From Sulfolobales archaeon (lineage in GTDB: Archaea > Thermoproteota > Thermoprotei_A > Sulfolobales > AG1), in the NCBI GenBank assembly GCA_038867615.1, contig JAWBYA010000002.1:160001-224000 (forward strand): DNA of 64,000 nt. Reading direction: 5' to 3'. The position numbers and the translations under genes were made by a program. Below the pieces are notes generated by a model. The model had not been told where the DNA came from, did not search any database, and saw nothing but the letters and a program-made list of their open reading frames with translations. Positions 10,775 through 21,078 of the stretch are shown here, piece after piece (the stretch's first letter is position 1; every line of letters begins with the position of its first letter).

Positions 10775-11506
10775 ATGGTTATCACTATAGGGGCGTGTTT
10801 GCACTCTAAGAACACCGAGAGCATTATTGAGAGAGCCGATGGTGATACTATCTACTCTATTCTCTCCAAGAGTATCAAGGTTGATTGGAGGGAATATGTA
10901 GTCCTTGTAGCTAAGGCGAGAAGCCATGGTCTCTTCCCAATACTTGTGGGGATTATACTGAGCCAGAATACCAGTGATAGGAGCTCTATAAAGGCTTTTG
11001 AGAAGCTGAGAAACAGCGTAGGAGTCGATCTCGATGATATACTTAAAGCGAGCATAGATGATATCGGGAAAGCTATAAGGGAGGCTGGGCTCTGGAGGCA
11101 AAAAGCTGAGACTATTAAGAGGGCTGCCGAAGCAATCTCGAGAATAGGTGGCGAGGATTATCTATCTAAAGAGGATCCGGAGAGATTGAGAAGCTTCCTA
11201 ATATCGATAAAAGGGATAGGTTTTAAAACCGCTGACGTCTTCCTCTCAGTAGCCAGAGGAGCACCGCTGTTCGCTATAGATACCCATGCCATGAGGATAG
11301 CCATGAGATGGGGGCTTATAGAGAAGAGAAGCTATGCAGATGCTTCAAAAGCCCTTCTCAGACTCTTCGGCCCAGAAAGGGCTGAGGAGGCCCATAGGTT
11401 GTTGATAGCGCTTGGCAGGAGATACTGCAGGGCTAGGAATCCGAGGTGCAATGAGTGCCCGGTAAGGGATCTATGTCCAAGCTCCGCGATATATCTTAAG
11501 GAATAA
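10775..11506 (+). CDS. nth: Endonuclease III / HhH-GPD DNA glycosylase
   Basis: ILSQNTSD, GIGFKTAD, IDTH and CRARNPRCNECPVRDLCP 4Fe-4S motif; true start may be slightly downstream. Confidence 0.9.
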   Translation: MVITIGACLHSKNTESIIERADGDTIYSILSKSIKVDWREYVVLVAKARSHGLFPILVGIILSQNTSDRSSIKAFEKLRNSVGVDLDDILKASIDDIGKAIREAGLWRQKAETIKRAAEAISRIGGEDYLSKEDPERLRSFLISIKGIGFKTADVFLSVARGAPLFAIDTHAMRIAMRWGLIEKRSYADASKALLRLFGPERAEEAHRLLIALGRRYCRARNPRCNECPVRDLCPSSAIYLKE

Positions 11507-11540
11507 TAGAGAATATAAGCCCCGCCAACAACTCTATGTA

Positions 11541-12731
11541 GTGATTTCCTTGAACTGGCTCGAAGATCTCAGATCGAGAATAGATATTACCAAGAATAAA
11601 ATCTACCTAGACAACGCAGGAGCAGGACCTCTCTCGAGAGACGTTGTTACAGCTATAAGCAGCTTCATAGACCTGTGGAGCCGTGAGGGGGAGCCATGGG
11701 ATGAGGCTTTAGAGCATATTGTGGAGGCTAGGAAAGAGTTTGGAGAACTCATAGGGGCTAGTGTTGATAATATAGCAGCTACACCAGGCGTAACCTATGG
11801 TCTTAACGCTATCCTCTCGTCCATAGAGATAAAGCCAGGATCCAATGCTGTTGCAAGCCCCCTCAACTTCCCCACAGGGATCATATCCCTCCAGGCTATG
11901 AGGTCAAGGGGGATCTTGAAAGAGGTAAGACTCGCAAAACCAAGGAATGGTTATGTGGATATAGAGGAATACGAGAGGCTGATAGACGATAGAACCTCCA
12001 TAGTTCTCGTGGACTATGTATCGTGGATAACTGGATATAGGGAGAGGGTTAGAGAGGTCTCAGAGATCGCCCATAAAAGAGGTGCGTTGGTTATAGTAGA
12101 TGCTTTCCACAGTGTAGGTGTGCTTGAGATCGATGTTAAGAAGGAGGGGATCGATGCTCTCTTATGCGGCTCTTATAAGTGGCTCATGGGACCACATGGT
12201 GCTGGCTTCGCATACATATCGAACGAGCTTCTCCAAAACCTAAAACCCATGTTCTCGGGATGGATGGGTATAGAGGATTCAGTGATCAAGAGGAGGGCTA
12301 GGGGTGAGAAGCTTTTCGAGAGACCCTTCAACATAGAGGGCTTCTCCCCAGCGAGGGATGCAACCATACTGGAGTGGGGTACATGGCCTGTGATAGCTTT
12401 TGAGGGAACCCTGGCCTCTATGAGGCTTCTAAAGAGGTTTGAAGCTATATATAGATATAATACACATACCTCAAGACTTGTTAGAAGGCTTATGGATGGT
12501 GTGGAGGATCTCGGGTTAAGGTTAAAGACCCCGAGGGATAGTCATGCAGCCATAGTTGTGTTTGAATATAGAGATCCATACGGCCTTGCGGAGAAGCTCA
12601 GCTCCAGAGGGATCATCATATCCCCGAGACCGGGGATTATAAGGGTATCTCCCCACCTGTATAACACCATAGAGGAGATCGAGATCTTCCTAGAACAGCT
12701 CAAGAAAAACATAAAGACCAGCGGGGCTTGA
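11541..12731 (+). CDS. Class V PLP-dependent aminotransferase-fold enzyme
   Basis: YLDNAGAGP, VDAFHSVG, GSYKWLMGPHGAG, RVSPHLYN. Confidence 0.88.
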   Translation: MISLNWLEDLRSRIDITKNKIYLDNAGAGPLSRDVVTAISSFIDLWSREGEPWDEALEHIVEARKEFGELIGASVDNIAATPGVTYGLNAILSSIEIKPGSNAVASPLNFPTGIISLQAMRSRGILKEVRLAKPRNGYVDIEEYERLIDDRTSIVLVDYVSWITGYRERVREVSEIAHKRGALVIVDAFHSVGVLEIDVKKEGIDALLCGSYKWLMGPHGAGFAYISNELLQNLKPMFSGWMGIEDSVIKRRARGEKLFERPFNIEGFSPARDATILEWGTWPVIAFEGTLASMRLLKRFEAIYRYNTHTSRLVRRLMDGVEDLGLRLKTPRDSHAAIVVFEYRDPYGLAEKLSSRGIIISPRPGIIRVSPHLYNTIEEIEIFLEQLKKNIKTSGA

Positions 12732-12791
12732 GAGAGGGCTCTAAGTGTTAAGAAATATGCCGCCTCTTACCAATACCACTATGGTGCTACT

Positions 12792-13046
12792 GTGTACCCC
12801 TCTAGCCAGGATCTCCAGATAATAGCATGGCCATTAATAATCATGGGAGCACTAATACTCCTGATAGGATTGCTTCTCGCCATAGGCCCCCAGATAGCAT
12901 CGATGCTCAGAGAAACAAGCCTCCCAGAGCCTGTTAGAAGCCTTCTCCTTATAGGAACAAGGATCGGGGGTATCGAGATCTATACCTCACCACTGCTAAT
13001 AATAATCCTAGCAATACTATACAGCATAGCCTTTATCAGAAGGTGA
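12792..13046 (+). CDS. Small membrane protein
   Basis: Two hydrophobic segments; operon position. Confidence 0.65.
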   Translation: MYPSSQDLQIIAWPLIIMGALILLIGLLLAIGPQIASMLRETSLPEPVRSLLLIGTRIGGIEIYTSPLLIIILAILYSIAFIRR

Positions 13047-13050
13047 TCTT

Positions 13051-13716
13051 TTGGGCGTGCTTGAATTCCTCGAAGAGATCTTTAGATCCAGGGTTGCGTT
13101 TATATCGAAAAACAGATTCGCACTAGGCGTCATAATGGGGCTCCACATATCCAGGCTCCTTAGATCTGGTTATGGGAGTATTCGTGTTTGTGACCTATGG
13201 GGTGTGAGGGAGGAGAGCCTCACAGCAGGAGGGTATCTAAGAGCCGAGGATCTCTCCAGGATCGTGTATGGTTGTGGCGAGCACCACATGGTATATGCTT
13301 CGTGGACAAGCATAATTGATAGAAGAGGTTTTGTCGACAAAGCACTAGGCATATACACAGATGGCGGTAGAGCTATTCTTCTATCAAGGGGGTTTGTGGT
13401 GGTGGGTTTAAAGCAGATGGATATGGGTGTTGGGAGATATATTATAGAAACACCCAGTGGGATCCTCCACGCCCATATAGATCGAGATGGTGTCAGGGAT
13501 GTAAAGATCCCTAATAAGCATGCTATGGCTTATGAGAGGATTGTCGAGGCTTTCAAGGTCTATGGCTCTTTTAAGGTTATAGATGCTGTGAACATCCTCT
13601 CAAGGGATCTCGGGGTTGATAGGGCTGAGGCTAGGAAGATAATAAATGATCTCATAGGAATGGGGTTGATAGAGATCTCAAGCGGCTATATACAGCCTCA
13701 AGAGGGGCGGGAGTAG
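13051..13716 (+). CDS. Hypothetical protein with C-terminal winged helix
   Basis: DAVNILSRDLGVDRAEARKIINDLIGMGLIEISSGYI; stop overlaps the next start. Confidence 0.65.
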   Translation: MGVLEFLEEIFRSRVAFISKNRFALGVIMGLHISRLLRSGYGSIRVCDLWGVREESLTAGGYLRAEDLSRIVYGCGEHHMVYASWTSIIDRRGFVDKALGIYTDGGRAILLSRGFVVVGLKQMDMGVGRYIIETPSGILHAHIDRDGVRDVKIPNKHAMAYERIVEAFKVYGSFKVIDAVNILSRDLGVDRAEARKIINDLIGMGLIEISSGYIQPQEGRE

Positions 13717-14540
13717 TGCAGAAACGCACACTAAAGATCTCTCTGATCCAGTCGAGGATCGAGAAGGAGTATAGAGAAAACCTGGCAAGAGTTAGGGATA
13801 TAGCGTCAACAGCATCTGCACCAGATCTTATGGCTATTTACGAGAACTGGCTGGGAAGATCCCCGATCACATATGGGGAGTATTTGGAGGCCTCGCAGGA
13901 ACTGATCGACGCATCTAGATCGAGGGTTCTCGTATCAGGATCCTCATATATCAAGCAGGAAGGCGTGGTTACATCTAAGAGCCTGATAATAGATAGATCT
14001 GGCAGCATCTCAATCGGAGGAAAGGTTTTCCCCAGCGCCGCTACCGGCGAGAGGGCTAGGATATCGCCTGGAGGTCCTCCAGCCTTTATGAGAACCCAGC
14101 ATGGGTTTTCGGTAGCATCTGTAGTATGTGTTGATGCAGCGTACCCCGAGATCGTGAGGATCGCTGCTCTCATGGGTGCTGATATTATCGCTAACCCGAG
14201 CATAATACCAGCCAACAGATCTTACCTCTGGAGATCCATAGGATCTTCGAGGGCTGCTGAAAACACTGTATATTTTATCCACATAAACCCAACAGGTATA
14301 ACCTATGTAGATGGAAGAGAGGTGCTTGGGGGGAGCTTTATCTCAGACCCCCAGGGTAGAATCGTCAGTGAGATGGGTTCCGAAGAAGGGATTCTCGAGG
14401 TGGTTGTAGAGCTAAGCGAGATAGATGTTATAAGGAATAGGTGGAGATATCTAGAAGACGTGAGAGGGATCTTAGAAGAACTATACCTAGGAGCCCTAGA
14501 AAGGATTAAAGATCGTGCTGAAAAAAGATCTAGTTTTTAA
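13716..14540 (+). CDS. Carbon-nitrogen hydrolase (nitrilase superfamily)
   Basis: E-K-C triad: IYEN, GKVFP, VCVDAAYPE; RAAEN; GGSFISDPQG. Confidence 0.88.
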   Translation: MQKRTLKISLIQSRIEKEYRENLARVRDIASTASAPDLMAIYENWLGRSPITYGEYLEASQELIDASRSRVLVSGSSYIKQEGVVTSKSLIIDRSGSISIGGKVFPSAATGERARISPGGPPAFMRTQHGFSVASVVCVDAAYPEIVRIAALMGADIIANPSIIPANRSYLWRSIGSSRAAENTVYFIHINPTGITYVDGREVLGGSFISDPQGRIVSEMGSEEGILEVVVELSEIDVIRNRWRYLEDVRGILEELYLGALERIKDRAEKRSSF

Positions 14541-14544
14541 GTTT

Positions 14545-16014
14545 TTAGTGGAGACTTGGCAGCATGACGAAGTAGAGTATAAATATCAGGGTTATCACTA
14601 TAGTTGCAGGCGTTATATCCTTAAACCTTCCTGAGAGGAGCTTCACCAATGTATATGTTATAAAGGCAAGCCCTATCCCCGTAGCTATACTGTATGTGAG
14701 TGGTATTGCTATTATAGCCATGAAGCTCGGTATAGCTTCCGTGAGATCTTCAAGATCGATCTTCCTTATAACGCTGAGGAAGAGCAGCCCCACAAGGATC
14801 AGAACCGGTGCCGTAGCAAAACCCGGTATAGATGCCGCCAAGGGGGCTATTGGGAGGAAGCATAGGAAGAGAATCCCCGTGACAAGAGCTGTAAGACCAG
14901 ACCTCCCCCCAGCCTCTATCCCCGAAGCAGACTCTATATATACAACAGTTGTCGTGGTACCCGCAAGAGCGCCCACAACCGTTGCAGATGCATCTGTATA
15001 TAGAGCTCTATCTATGTTGACTGGCCTACCACTCCCATTCACAAGCCCCGCCTTGGTTGCTAGTCCTGCTATAGTTCCTATCCCGTCGAAGAACTCTACA
15101 AGGAATAGCGAGAAGGCTATCGGGAATGCGAGGAATATGAGGTCTATATACGCTTTAATAGCATTCGGCATCACCGGGACTAGCGATGTTGAAAAACTAG
15201 GTATTTCAAAGATCCTCTGGGGGATGCTCACAAGACCCGCGACTATACCAACTATTGTTAGGATAACTATTGTTACGAGGAATGCTGGCGAGAACCTCTT
15301 TATATATAGTATAGATGCTAGCACAAGACCCGCGAAAGCTATTATGGATTGGGGCTCGACAAAAGCCTTAACATTAAAGGTAACAGGGGTTCCGACACCG
15401 GGTTGGACAAAGCCTGCTAGTGAGAGGCCTATGAATGTTATGAAGAGACCTATACCGGCACTGATCCCGTAGGCAAGGTTAGGCGAGATCGTTCTAAGCA
15501 CTCTCTCCCTAATCCCAGACCATGCTGCGAAGAGAAATATTAAGCCGTCTACAAAGACAGCGAAGATCGCTGCATACAGTGCTGTTAGAGCTGCTGCCTC
15601 TCCCTTCAACCCCATTCCTGCGAGAACAGCTGTGAACGCAGGGATCACTGAGAACCCTATAAAGCTATTCTCACCCATCCCCGGTGCCATTGCGAAGGGG
15701 AGTTTCGCGTATAGCGCCATCAAGATGGATCCGAAGGCTGCTGCCACGATCGTTGCAGCAGCAATACCAACCTTAACGTTGTTAACGAGAGCCATCTGCT
15801 CTGGCGAGAGGCTCTGAACACCTAGAGCGTTCTTTAGTGCTAGCTCGAAGCCGGATCCAACGATCAGTGGGTTTACGAATATTATGTAGGCCATTGTGAG
15901 GAACGTTGTAATCCCGGCGATTACCTCTCTCCTAGGCTGGATCTCGATCTTGGCTGGAGCAAGGATCCCTAGCTTTCCACTCAATATTATCCCATTTAAT
16001 GTAAAAATAAACAA
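14545..16014 (-). CDS. NCS2/AzgA-family purine permease
   Basis: EVIAGITTFLTMAYIIFVNP, MAPGMGEN, FFDGIGT, YIESASGIEAGGRSG; start probably a few codons downstream. Confidence 0.92.
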   Translation of the reverse strand: MFIFTLNGIILSGKLGILAPAKIEIQPRREVIAGITTFLTMAYIIFVNPLIVGSGFELALKNALGVQSLSPEQMALVNNVKVGIAAATIVAAAFGSILMALYAKLPFAMAPGMGENSFIGFSVIPAFTAVLAGMGLKGEAAALTALYAAIFAVFVDGLIFLFAAWSGIRERVLRTISPNLAYGISAGIGLFITFIGLSLAGFVQPGVGTPVTFNVKAFVEPQSIIAFAGLVLASILYIKRFSPAFLVTIVILTIVGIVAGLVSIPQRIFEIPSFSTSLVPVMPNAIKAYIDLIFLAFPIAFSLFLVEFFDGIGTIAGLATKAGLVNGSGRPVNIDRALYTDASATVVGALAGTTTTVVYIESASGIEAGGRSGLTALVTGILFLCFLPIAPLAASIPGFATAPVLILVGLLFLSVIRKIDLEDLTEAIPSFMAIIAIPLTYSIATGIGLAFITYTLVKLLSGRFKDITPATIVITLIFILYFVMLPSLH

Positions 16015-16161
16015 TCTTAAAAATAACGCCCGCTTTTACCACAATTAGTCTTTACATAAATGATTTAAAAAGATCCCGAGGTTTAGAAACTCTCTATGCA
16101 CGATCCGTGAAAGCCCACAAACCTATATTGTGCGAGAAGCAATACACAGTAGTGGGTATTA

Positions 16162-16584
16162 ATGGAGCGTGGAGGAAGTTCTGATCTTGTTAAGAAAATG
16201 AGCGAGCTATTAAAAGCAGGTGCTGCAATGCTCGCAGAGACATGCCCGTCATGTGGATCTCCACTCTTTAGATTAAGGGGAGGTGAGGTTATATGTCCTT
16301 TGCACGGGAAAGTCTTCCTGGTAAGGAGTGATGAGGAGGCTAGTACTGTCTCTGTCATATCTGTCCTTTCAAAGATAGAGGATCTAGCTTCTGTTAAGAT
16401 GATGGAGCTCGTCAAAAAACTCTCCACGAAAAGCGACCCCCTGGATCTAGAGTCCCTGGCTAAGTGGCTTGAGATAGTCCAGAGGATCCAGGAGATAAAG
16501 AAAGGACTAGCCCAGATAGGACAGATAGGAGGGGTTCAGCCTGGGAGAAAGGAGAAGGAAGAGATCGAGAAAACGGGATCTTAA
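16162..16584 (+). CDS. UPF0148 / autoantigen-p27-like zinc-ribbon protein
   Basis: KMSELLKAGAAMLAETCPSCGSPLF...CPLHG. Confidence 0.88.
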   Translation: MERGGSSDLVKKMSELLKAGAAMLAETCPSCGSPLFRLRGGEVICPLHGKVFLVRSDEEASTVSVISVLSKIEDLASVKMMELVKKLSTKSDPLDLESLAKWLEIVQRIQEIKKGLAQIGQIGGVQPGRKEKEEIEKTGS

Positions 16585-16690
16585 ACTCTAAGATCAAGTC
16601 CCATATATATTGCAGGGATGAAAGCATAGCCACTATTGAAGCTTCAACAACGCCTAATTCTCCCACAGCGAAGCATTTGCGGAGAGCAAT

Positions 16691-17686
16691 ATGAGCTGGG
16701 TTGAAGTTACAGGGTATCTGGAGAGGCTTAGAGATCTCTTCTACGGATTAGCAGAGATAAGGGATACTATTAAGAGGGAGCGATGCATAGGATCCTGCGG
16801 AACTGTCAGAGTGAAGATAGGCTTTCCAACCATGTTTAGAAACGGAGTCATAATGGATGTCACAAACCCCGAGCAGGCTGGCATAGCTGAGGATGCCGGA
16901 GCCGTTGGGGTCATGGTGCTCGATAAGCTACCCTATGATGTTAGGAGAAGCGGCGGCGTTGCTAGAATGGCTGATGTTAAGGCTATAGAGGAGGTGATGA
17001 ACTCCATAACAATACCCGTTAGCGCTAAATGCAGGATAGGGCACTACATGGAGGCAGTCATACTTGAGGAAATAGGTGTCGATCTGATCGATGAGTCTGA
17101 GGTGCTTACACCAGCGGATGATCAGCATCATATTAATAAATGGATATTTAAAGTCCCGTTTGTAAATGGTGCGAGAGACCTTCCCGAGGCTCTGAGGAGA
17201 ATAAGCGAGGGGGCATCCATGATCAGGACAAAGGGAGAGGCTGGGACAGGAAACGTTGCTGAGGCTGTGAGGCATATGAAGACCCTTAACAACGATCTAA
17301 GAACCCTTGCTTCTAGGAGAGATGATGAGGAATTCCTGAGGGACTATGCGAGAAGCTCTAAGGTATCATATGAGCTTGTCAAGCTCGTAGCAGACCTCGG
17401 AAGACTGCCTGTTATAAACTTCGCAGCAGGAGGTATAGCGACACCTGCTGATGCTGCCCTAATGATGTGGCTCGGGGCTGATGGCGTATTCGTAGGCTCT
17501 GGGATCTTTAAATCAAGCGACCCGAGGGCTAGGGCTGAAGCCATAGTTCTTGCAACATCTAGATGGGATGATCCCGAGGCCGTTGTTGAAGCCCAGAGAA
17601 TGGTTTCTGAGAAGAGCGCGATGCAGGGTATAGATATAAAGTTGCTAAAGCCTGAGGAGCTTCTCCAAGTGAGGGGTTCTGGTTGA
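16691..17686 (+). CDS. pdxS: PLP synthase lyase subunit
   Basis: [47 protein letters not shown]. Confidence 0.97.
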   Translation: MSWVEVTGYLERLRDLFYGLAEIRDTIKRERCIGSCGTVRVKIGFPTMFRNGVIMDVTNPEQAGIAEDAGAVGVMVLDKLPYDVRRSGGVARMADVKAIEEVMNSITIPVSAKCRIGHYMEAVILEEIGVDLIDESEVLTPADDQHHINKWIFKVPFVNGARDLPEALRRISEGASMIRTKGEAGTGNVAEAVRHMKTLNNDLRTLASRRDDEEFLRDYARSSKVSYELVKLVADLGRLPVINFAAGGIATPADAALMMWLGADGVFVGSGIFKSSDPRARAEAIVLATSRWDDPEAVVEAQRMVSEKSAMQGIDIKLLKPEELLQVRGSG

Positions 17687-18294
17687 GGATCGGGGTTCTA
17701 GGTCTTCAAGGGGATTATGAGGAACACATATATCTTCTGAGAAAGGCTATGGGTAAGAGGAGTGTCTCGGGAGAGGTTATCCCGGTTAAGGATAGATCAA
17801 TGCTTAGAGGGCTCAGCGGTATAGTGATCCCTGGGGGAGAGTCTACGGTTATTGGAAGGCTTATCGAGAGAAGCGGCATGACCGAGGAGCTGAGGGAGAT
17901 GATAACCCAGGGTCTACCAACGCTCGGAACATGTGCAGGCGCAATCCTCATGGCAAAGAGGGTTAGGGATAGGGTTGTTGGCGAGGTAACTCAACCCCTG
18001 CTCGGCGTGATGTCAATAGGTGTTGTGAGAAACGCGTTTGGGAGGCAGAGGGAGTCTTTCGAAACCGAGGCTGATGTTGAGGGGGTTGGGAGGATAAGGG
18101 CTATCTTTATCAGGGCTCCGGCGATTGTGGAGATCTGGGGTAATGCTAGATCTCTCTCCAGCATCGAGGCCCCAGATCTTGGGAAGATTTCGATCCTCGC
18201 TATTGAGGGCAGCATGATCGCATCAGCCTTCCACCCAGAGATCTCTGGCGAGACAGCTATTCATGAGATGTTTATAGATATTATTAAGAGATAG
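17683..18294 (+). CDS. pdxT: PLP synthase glutaminase subunit
   Basis: [33 protein letters not shown]. Confidence 0.97.
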   Translation: MRIGVLGLQGDYEEHIYLLRKAMGKRSVSGEVIPVKDRSMLRGLSGIVIPGGESTVIGRLIERSGMTEELREMITQGLPTLGTCAGAILMAKRVRDRVVGEVTQPLLGVMSIGVVRNAFGRQRESFETEADVEGVGRIRAIFIRAPAIVEIWGNARSLSSIEAPDLGKISILAIEGSMIASAFHPEISGETAIHEMFIDIIKR

Positions 18295-18309
18295 CTAGGT
18301 AGGTTTTTA

Positions 18310-19446
18310 ATGGAATATATATGCGGCATATGCGGCTATAATACGAGAAGCCTGAGAGAAGGTCCTAGATGCCCCTCATGCGGAGCCCCGCTAGAGATCC
18401 TTATTAACAGGAGATGGAGTATAGCTAGAAGCACTCCAAGCATGTGGAGATACGAGACCATGCTCCCAAGATCAGGGGGTATTGTGACTCTGGGAGAGGG
18501 CCTCACCCCTGTTAGGAGGGTTAGGGGCGTGCTTATCAAGGATGAGACGAGGAATCCAACAAGGTCTTATGTCGATAGAGGATCAAGCGTTCTCGCGAGC
18601 AACATATGTATCGATAAGGCTGTTATTAGTTACTCACCAGATCTCTCGATATCCCTTGCAACCTATCTAGCAAGGAGAGAGATCGATCTAACAGTCTCGG
18701 TAAACGGTCCCGTAAGCTCCTCGAACGAGATAATCGAGATCAGCAGGCTTGGTGTGAGGATAGTCTTCGGGGATCTAAATCCTAACATATACTATGAGGA
18801 TCCATATATGATAGAGGGCTTCAAAACCATATCGTATGAGATCTATGAGCAGCTGGGGCATGTGAAACGCGTATGCATCCCAGCAGAAGAGGGTGTGCTA
18901 GCCTATAGCATAGCCAGGGGCTTCAAAACCTTAGAGGAGCTCGGCATAGCCCAGGAATCCCCTGAGATTGTTGCCACAACAACAAGCCATAGGGGAGTGG
19001 TTGGAATGCGTGATGTATTGCTAAAAATAGGGGGAGTAAGGATCGAGAGGATCGATGATCAGGATATAGTTGAGGCTATAATAGAGCTCTCGTCGAGAGG
19101 TATCTATATGAGGCCTATCTCAGCAACATCATATGCGTTTTCAAAGAGGATGAGGAACTGTGTTGCAGTGATAACGGGCTCTGAGATAAAGAGGATACCC
19201 TACATGAACCCGAGAAGAATCTATAGCGGGTCGAGGGTGACAGAGCTTCAGAAAAGGATCGTTGAGGTTTTGTCAAGATCAAATGAAGGGATGACTGCAT
19301 ACGAGGTTTGGAAAAGAATTGGTGGTGATAGCTCGCTCAGAGGTGTATATACATCGATAGAAGCACTTGTTAGAAGAGGCATGCTTACAGCAACTCTGAG
19401 TCTCAGAGGATCCAGGAAGATCAAGCTATATAGGGTTAAGCAATAA
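18310..19446 (+). CDS. Degenerate threonine-synthase-like protein with N-terminal zinc ribbon and C-terminal wHTH
   Basis: CGICG/CPSCG, SMWRY, TLGEGLTP, DETRNPTRSYVDRG, EGFKTISYEIYEQLG; C-terminal TELQKRIVEVL...MTAYEVWKRI. Confidence 0.8.
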   Translation: MEYICGICGYNTRSLREGPRCPSCGAPLEILINRRWSIARSTPSMWRYETMLPRSGGIVTLGEGLTPVRRVRGVLIKDETRNPTRSYVDRGSSVLASNICIDKAVISYSPDLSISLATYLARREIDLTVSVNGPVSSSNEIIEISRLGVRIVFGDLNPNIYYEDPYMIEGFKTISYEIYEQLGHVKRVCIPAEEGVLAYSIARGFKTLEELGIAQESPEIVATTTSHRGVVGMRDVLLKIGGVRIERIDDQDIVEAIIELSSRGIYMRPISATSYAFSKRMRNCVAVITGSEIKRIPYMNPRRIYSGSRVTELQKRIVEVLSRSNEGMTAYEVWKRIGGDSSLRGVYTSIEALVRRGMLTATLSLRGSRKIKLYRVKQ

Positions 19447-19505
19447 CAGGGCTTGAATCAGCTATTTCAGATTTATAAATTTTAAGCTCTGATTCGCTAA
19501 TATAA

Positions 19506-20426
19506 TTGGTGTACTTAATGGGTATAGCTTCCATAGAGAATAAGCTTCTTGAAGCCACGGTAAAACTTATAGAAGCCGCAGCTGTATGGCTTCCCGATGA
19601 TGTCGAGAATGCCCTTCTAAAGGCATACGAGATCGAGAATATCCCTGCCACTAAGAGCTTCCTCAAAGCCATGATCGATAATGTAAGGATTGCTAGAGAG
19701 AAGGGGCTACCTATATGCCAAGATACCGGTGTTGTTATGTTCCATGCAGCTGTTGGTGATAAGTTCCCGTTCACAGCCCTCTTACCATCGATCCTCAGGA
19801 AGGCTACTGTTGAGGCTACAAAGAGAATACCCCTGAGACCCAACACCATAGATGTCTTTACAGGCAAGAATCCCGGAGATAATACTGGGCGTTATATGCC
19901 ATGGATCGATTGGGACTTTGTTGAGGGTAGCGATACAGCAGAGATCACTGTTCTGCTAAAAGGCGGTGGTAGCGAGGTTATTGGAAGGGCTAAGAACCTC
20001 ATACCCGCTGAAGGGTTGAAGGGCGTTATGAAATACGTTATCGAGGCCGTATACGAGGCCGGGCCACAACCGTGCCCCCCGATAATTGTCAACGTTGGTA
20101 TAGGTCCCAATGTTAGCACTGCTATGAAGCTCGCCTACAAAGGACTCCTAAGACCGGTTGGTCAGAGACACGAGGTTCCCGAGGTTGCTAAGTTTGAGGA
20201 AGAGCTCCTCAGAGCTATAAACGACATCGGCTTTGGAGCCCACGGAATGATGGGTAAGGTGACAGCGTTAGATGTGCATGTGGACTACGCACCAAGACAC
20301 CCGGCAACACTGAGTGTTGCGGTTGTTATAAATTGTTGGGCTGCTAGAAAAGCCTCTATGAGGATATACCCAGATGGCAGGGTTGAATACATAACACATC
20401 CACACCTGAACAAGGAGGTGGCGTGA
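19506..20426 (+). CDS. Class I fumarate hydratase, alpha subunit
   Basis: PICQDTG, KGGGSE, QPCPP, NCWAAR. Confidence 0.92.
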   Translation: MVYLMGIASIENKLLEATVKLIEAAAVWLPDDVENALLKAYEIENIPATKSFLKAMIDNVRIAREKGLPICQDTGVVMFHAAVGDKFPFTALLPSILRKATVEATKRIPLRPNTIDVFTGKNPGDNTGRYMPWIDWDFVEGSDTAEITVLLKGGGSEVIGRAKNLIPAEGLKGVMKYVIEAVYEAGPQPCPPIIVNVGIGPNVSTAMKLAYKGLLRPVGQRHEVPEVAKFEEELLRAINDIGFGAHGMMGKVTALDVHVDYAPRHPATLSVAVVINCWAARKASMRIYPDGRVEYITHPHLNKEVA

Positions 20427-20427
20427 C

Positions 20428-21033
20428 ATGGCGGAATATAGCTTGAGAACCCCCCTGTCTGAGGGGGATGTGAGAAAGCTCGACATAGGAGACGTTGTAT
20501 ATATCACAGGCATTGTCGTAACCCTGAGAGATGCTGGGCATAGGAGGGCGTTAGAGCTCCTAGCCAGGGGCGAGAAACTCCCAGTAGATCTAAAAGATCT
20601 CGTGCTATACCACGCGGGACCTGTGGTGAAAAAAGTTGACAATAGATGGGAGGTTGTTGTAATAGGACCGACAACGAGCACGAGAATGGAGGTCTACGAG
20701 TACGAAATGATCGAGAAGACCGGATTGAAAATGATCATAGGTAAGGGTGGTATGGGGCCTAGAACCGCTGAAGCCTGTAAAAAATACGGAGCCGTCTATG
20801 CAGTATACCCTGGAGGGGCAGCAGCACTACAGGCATCACAGGTAAAGAGAGTAGTAGACGTATACTGGCTAGACCTAGGAGTACCGGATGCTATGTGGGT
20901 TCTGGAGGTGGAGAACCTAGGACCCTTAACAGTGGTTATTGATTCGAAGGGAAGGAACTTCTATGACGAAGTATATGCAGAGGCTAGGAGGAAGATAGAT
21001 ACCGAGATATACCCAAGATTGGGTATAAAGTAA
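20428..21033 (+). CDS. Class I fumarate hydratase, beta subunit
   Basis: LRDAGH, YHAGP, GPTTSTRM, IGKGG, VIDSKG. Confidence 0.92.
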   Translation: MAEYSLRTPLSEGDVRKLDIGDVVYITGIVVTLRDAGHRRALELLARGEKLPVDLKDLVLYHAGPVVKKVDNRWEVVVIGPTTSTRMEVYEYEMIEKTGLKMIIGKGGMGPRTAEACKKYGAVYAVYPGGAAALQASQVKRVVDVYWLDLGVPDAMWVLEVENLGPLTVVIDSKGRNFYDEVYAEARRKIDTEIYPRLGIK

Positions 21034-21041
21034 AGCCCAAA

Positions 21042-21054
21042 CTCTTCTTTTTTA
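21042..21054 (+). terminator. Pyrimidine/T-tract terminator after the fumarase operon
   Basis: CTCTTCTTTTTT shortly after the stop, facing convergent rad50. Confidence 0.45.
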
Positions 21055-21078
21055 ACCCTTCAGACCCTGGGTTTCTGG

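Noticed and set aside
11541-12731. Cysteine desulfurase (SufS/IscS) call
   Set aside because: No catalytic Cys loop (RxGxHC or SGSAC) in the C-terminal region.
14696-15472. Long antisense ORFs (also 35322-36020, 38759-39466, 22850-23395, 51153-51671, 60415-61038, 62381-62935)
   Set aside because: Shadow frames opposite well-supported genes, with no motifs of their own.
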